Source of the DNA: Holophagaceae bacterium
GTDB lineage: Bacteria; Acidobacteriota; Holophagae; Holophagales; Holophagaceae
Length of the DNA: 15,361 nucleotides
Direction: 5' to 3'
Assembly: GCA_017859955.1 (NCBI GenBank)
Contig: JAFNAB010000076.1
Location: 1 to 15,361, forward strand
Shown here: one piece after another, positions 14,004 to 15,361 of the stretch
Position numbering within the stretch: position 1 is the stretch's first letter
How the letters are laid out: every line of letters begins with the position of its first letter
Notes under the pieces: generated by a model
What the model saw: the letters and a program-made list of their open reading frames with translations, nothing else
Told to the model about the DNA's origin: nothing
Database searches by the model: none
Translations under genes and position numbers: made by a program

Positions 14004-15361
14004 ACACCCTCCCCTTCTACATCGTCACTCTCTGCCAGCCTTCCTGGGAGGAAGCCCGGGCCTATGCCCGGGTCCTTCCCCCGGAAGCCATGCCCGAGTT
14101 GCGCCTGGATCTGTTTCCGGGCCTAGACCTGGAAGATGCCATCCGAAGCCTCCGCCGCCGATGTCTGGTCACCTGCCGCCGGGTCTCCGACGGCGGACGC
14201 TGGCCCGATGAGGACGAAGCTGGGCGTCAGGCCTTGATGCAGCAAGCCGCAGAGGCCAAGCCGACCTGGATGGACTGGGAGTGGGATATCGAGCTCCCGG
14301 ATTGGATCCAGGAACACAGAACCCAATTGCGGATCCTGAGAAGCGTACATGTCGCCCCCGGCGTCTTCGACCTGGAGGAACGCCTGGGCCAGCTACCCTC
14401 GGGCGATGCCTTCAAATGGGTAGGACACGCAGGGCACCTGTCCGACAACGCCAAGCTCAAGCCGATCCTCGCCTGGGCAAGGGACCACCAGCTTCTCCTA
14501 TCCGCCTTCCTCATGGGAGCCAAAGGCATTGCCAGCCGGTGCATGCAGAGGGCATGGGGAGGGTCTTTCACCTATGCGGCTCCGGACGATGTCCCCCCCG
14601 CCGCACCGGGCCAACTGCCACTGGGCATCATGCGCAGCTGGCGCTGCCACCGGCTGACCTCGGCATTCGGGCTTTGCGGGGTCCTGGGCTCCCCTGTGCT
14701 TCACTCACGGGGACCAGCTTTCCACAATGACCGATTCCAGAAGGCCTTCAAGGATCTGCTCTACCTCCCCCTGGAGTGCGATAGCGCTGAAGAGGCCCTG
14801 GAGGCCATCGAATCCATGGACATCCTTGGGGCCAGCCTGACGATGCCTCTGAAGGAGACGCTGCCCGCCCTCCTCGGACAGGAGGGGCCCCTCAACACGC
14901 TCTGGCGCCGCTTCCCGGACACTCCCTTCCAATTTGCCAATACAGACGCCGAGGCCCTGGAATACAGCCTCCTGGAACTTCCGAAAGGTCCCATCCTCGT
15001 ACTGGGCAACGGCGGGGTCGCCCACGCGTCCAAGTCTGTTGCGGAAGCCATGGGGCGCCCCTGCCTCACCCTTTCCCGGCGCGAACCCATCGATCCCAGG
15101 GAGGTGGCTGATTTCCAGCCGGTGGGCGTGATCCAGGCCACCAGCCTGGGGATGCACCCGGAGGATCCCCTCCCCTTCCCCGAGCACCTTCAGGCCGCTT
15201 TGCCCACCCTCCGCTGGGGAATGGAGTGGATTTACAAGGAAGAGACCGCCTTTGCAACCTGGGTCCGGGAGGGACGCCTGCGGCTGGTCGAAGGCAGCCG
15301 ACTCTTCGAGCTCCAGGCCCTGGCCCAGTCGAAGCGTTTCATCGAGGGCTGCGGGGGCTGA
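14000..15361 (+). CDS. aroDE: bifunctional 3-dehydroquinate dehydratase (type I) / shikimate dehydrogenase fusion
   Basis: The N-terminal half has type I DHQase landmarks: ELRLD, SVHV (His), FKWVGHA (Lys), GIASR, AAPGQLPL. The C-terminal half has AroE landmarks: GSPVLHSRGP, TMPLKE, LNTL, ANTDAEA, LGNGGVAHA, QATSLG. I prefer GTG 14000, which overlaps the mazG stop as GTGA, over track ATG 13970, which would overlap mazG by 34 nt. The stop TGA is the last 3 nt of the window. Confidence 0.85.
   Translation: MNTLPFYIVTLCQPSWEEARAYARVLPPEAMPELRLDLFPGLDLEDAIRSLRRRCLVTCRRVSDGGRWPDEDEAGRQALMQQAAEAKPTWMDWEWDIELPDWIQEHRTQLRILRSVHVAPGVFDLEERLGQLPSGDAFKWVGHAGHLSDNAKLKPILAWARDHQLLLSAFLMGAKGIASRCMQRAWGGSFTYAAPDDVPPAAPGQLPLGIMRSWRCHRLTSAFGLCGVLGSPVLHSRGPAFHNDRFQKAFKDLLYLPLECDSAEEALEAIESMDILGASLTMPLKETLPALLGQEGPLNTLWRRFPDTPFQFANTDAEALEYSLLELPKGPILVLGNGGVAHASKSVAEAMGRPCLTLSRREPIDPREVADFQPVGVIQATSLGMHPEDPLPFPEHLQAALPTLRWGMEWIYKEETAFATWVREGRLRLVEGSRLFELQALAQSKRFIEGCGG

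Noticed and set aside
1-15361. Window-wide search by eye for CRISPR repeats, tRNA/rRNA genes, IS elements, integrases, long direct repeats or in-frame TGA (selenocysteine) interruptions
   Set aside because: None were seen. All genes are intact single ORFs and the only non-coding stretches longer than 100 bp are the two divergent promoter regions. A computational scan (tRNAscan-SE, Infernal/Rfam, a self dot-plot) would be needed to exclude small or degenerate elements.

Overview
GC-rich, gene-dense bacterial chromosomal window with strong G/C third-position bias in the real genes. I can support 16 protein-coding genes, one further speculative small ORF, one clear intrinsic terminator and a few candidate regulatory structures. 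By eye I found no rRNA, tRNA, CRISPR array, transposase, integrase or obvious repeat family. Layout: (i) a minus-strand run of PIN-PhoH (PhoH2) ATPase, small membrane protein, tyrS and a DUF4388/PATAN-like protein. The last is missing from the supplied ORF track because it runs off the left edge. (ii) A UUCG-tetraloop intrinsic terminator. (iii) A minus-strand four-gene operon: family-I CoA-transferase, acyl-CoA dehydrogenase, EtfB, and EtfA with an N-terminal 2x[4Fe-4S] ferredoxin domain. (iv) A 407-bp AT-rich divergent control region with a CRP/FNR-like palindrome. (v) Plus-strand tsaD-gatC. (vi) A minus-strand trio of poorly characterised genes: DUF4337, cytidylate-kinase-like, lipoprotein. 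(vii) A 444-bp divergent region with a possible small ORF and a long hairpin. (viii) Plus-strand mazG and an aroD-aroE fusion. My honest reading is that this is mostly housekeeping and core anaerobic metabolism. I see no convincing evidence for a novel defence or mobile system. The most interesting element is the CoA-transferase/ACAD/bifurcating-type Etf operon of unknown substrate, followed by the uncharacterised DUF4337 trio and the PhoH2-membrane protein pair. The gene content hints at an anaerobic Acidobacteriota- or Deltaproteobacteria-like lineage, but that is inference only. The many long plus-strand ORFs antisense to real genes are GC-driven shadow ORFs.
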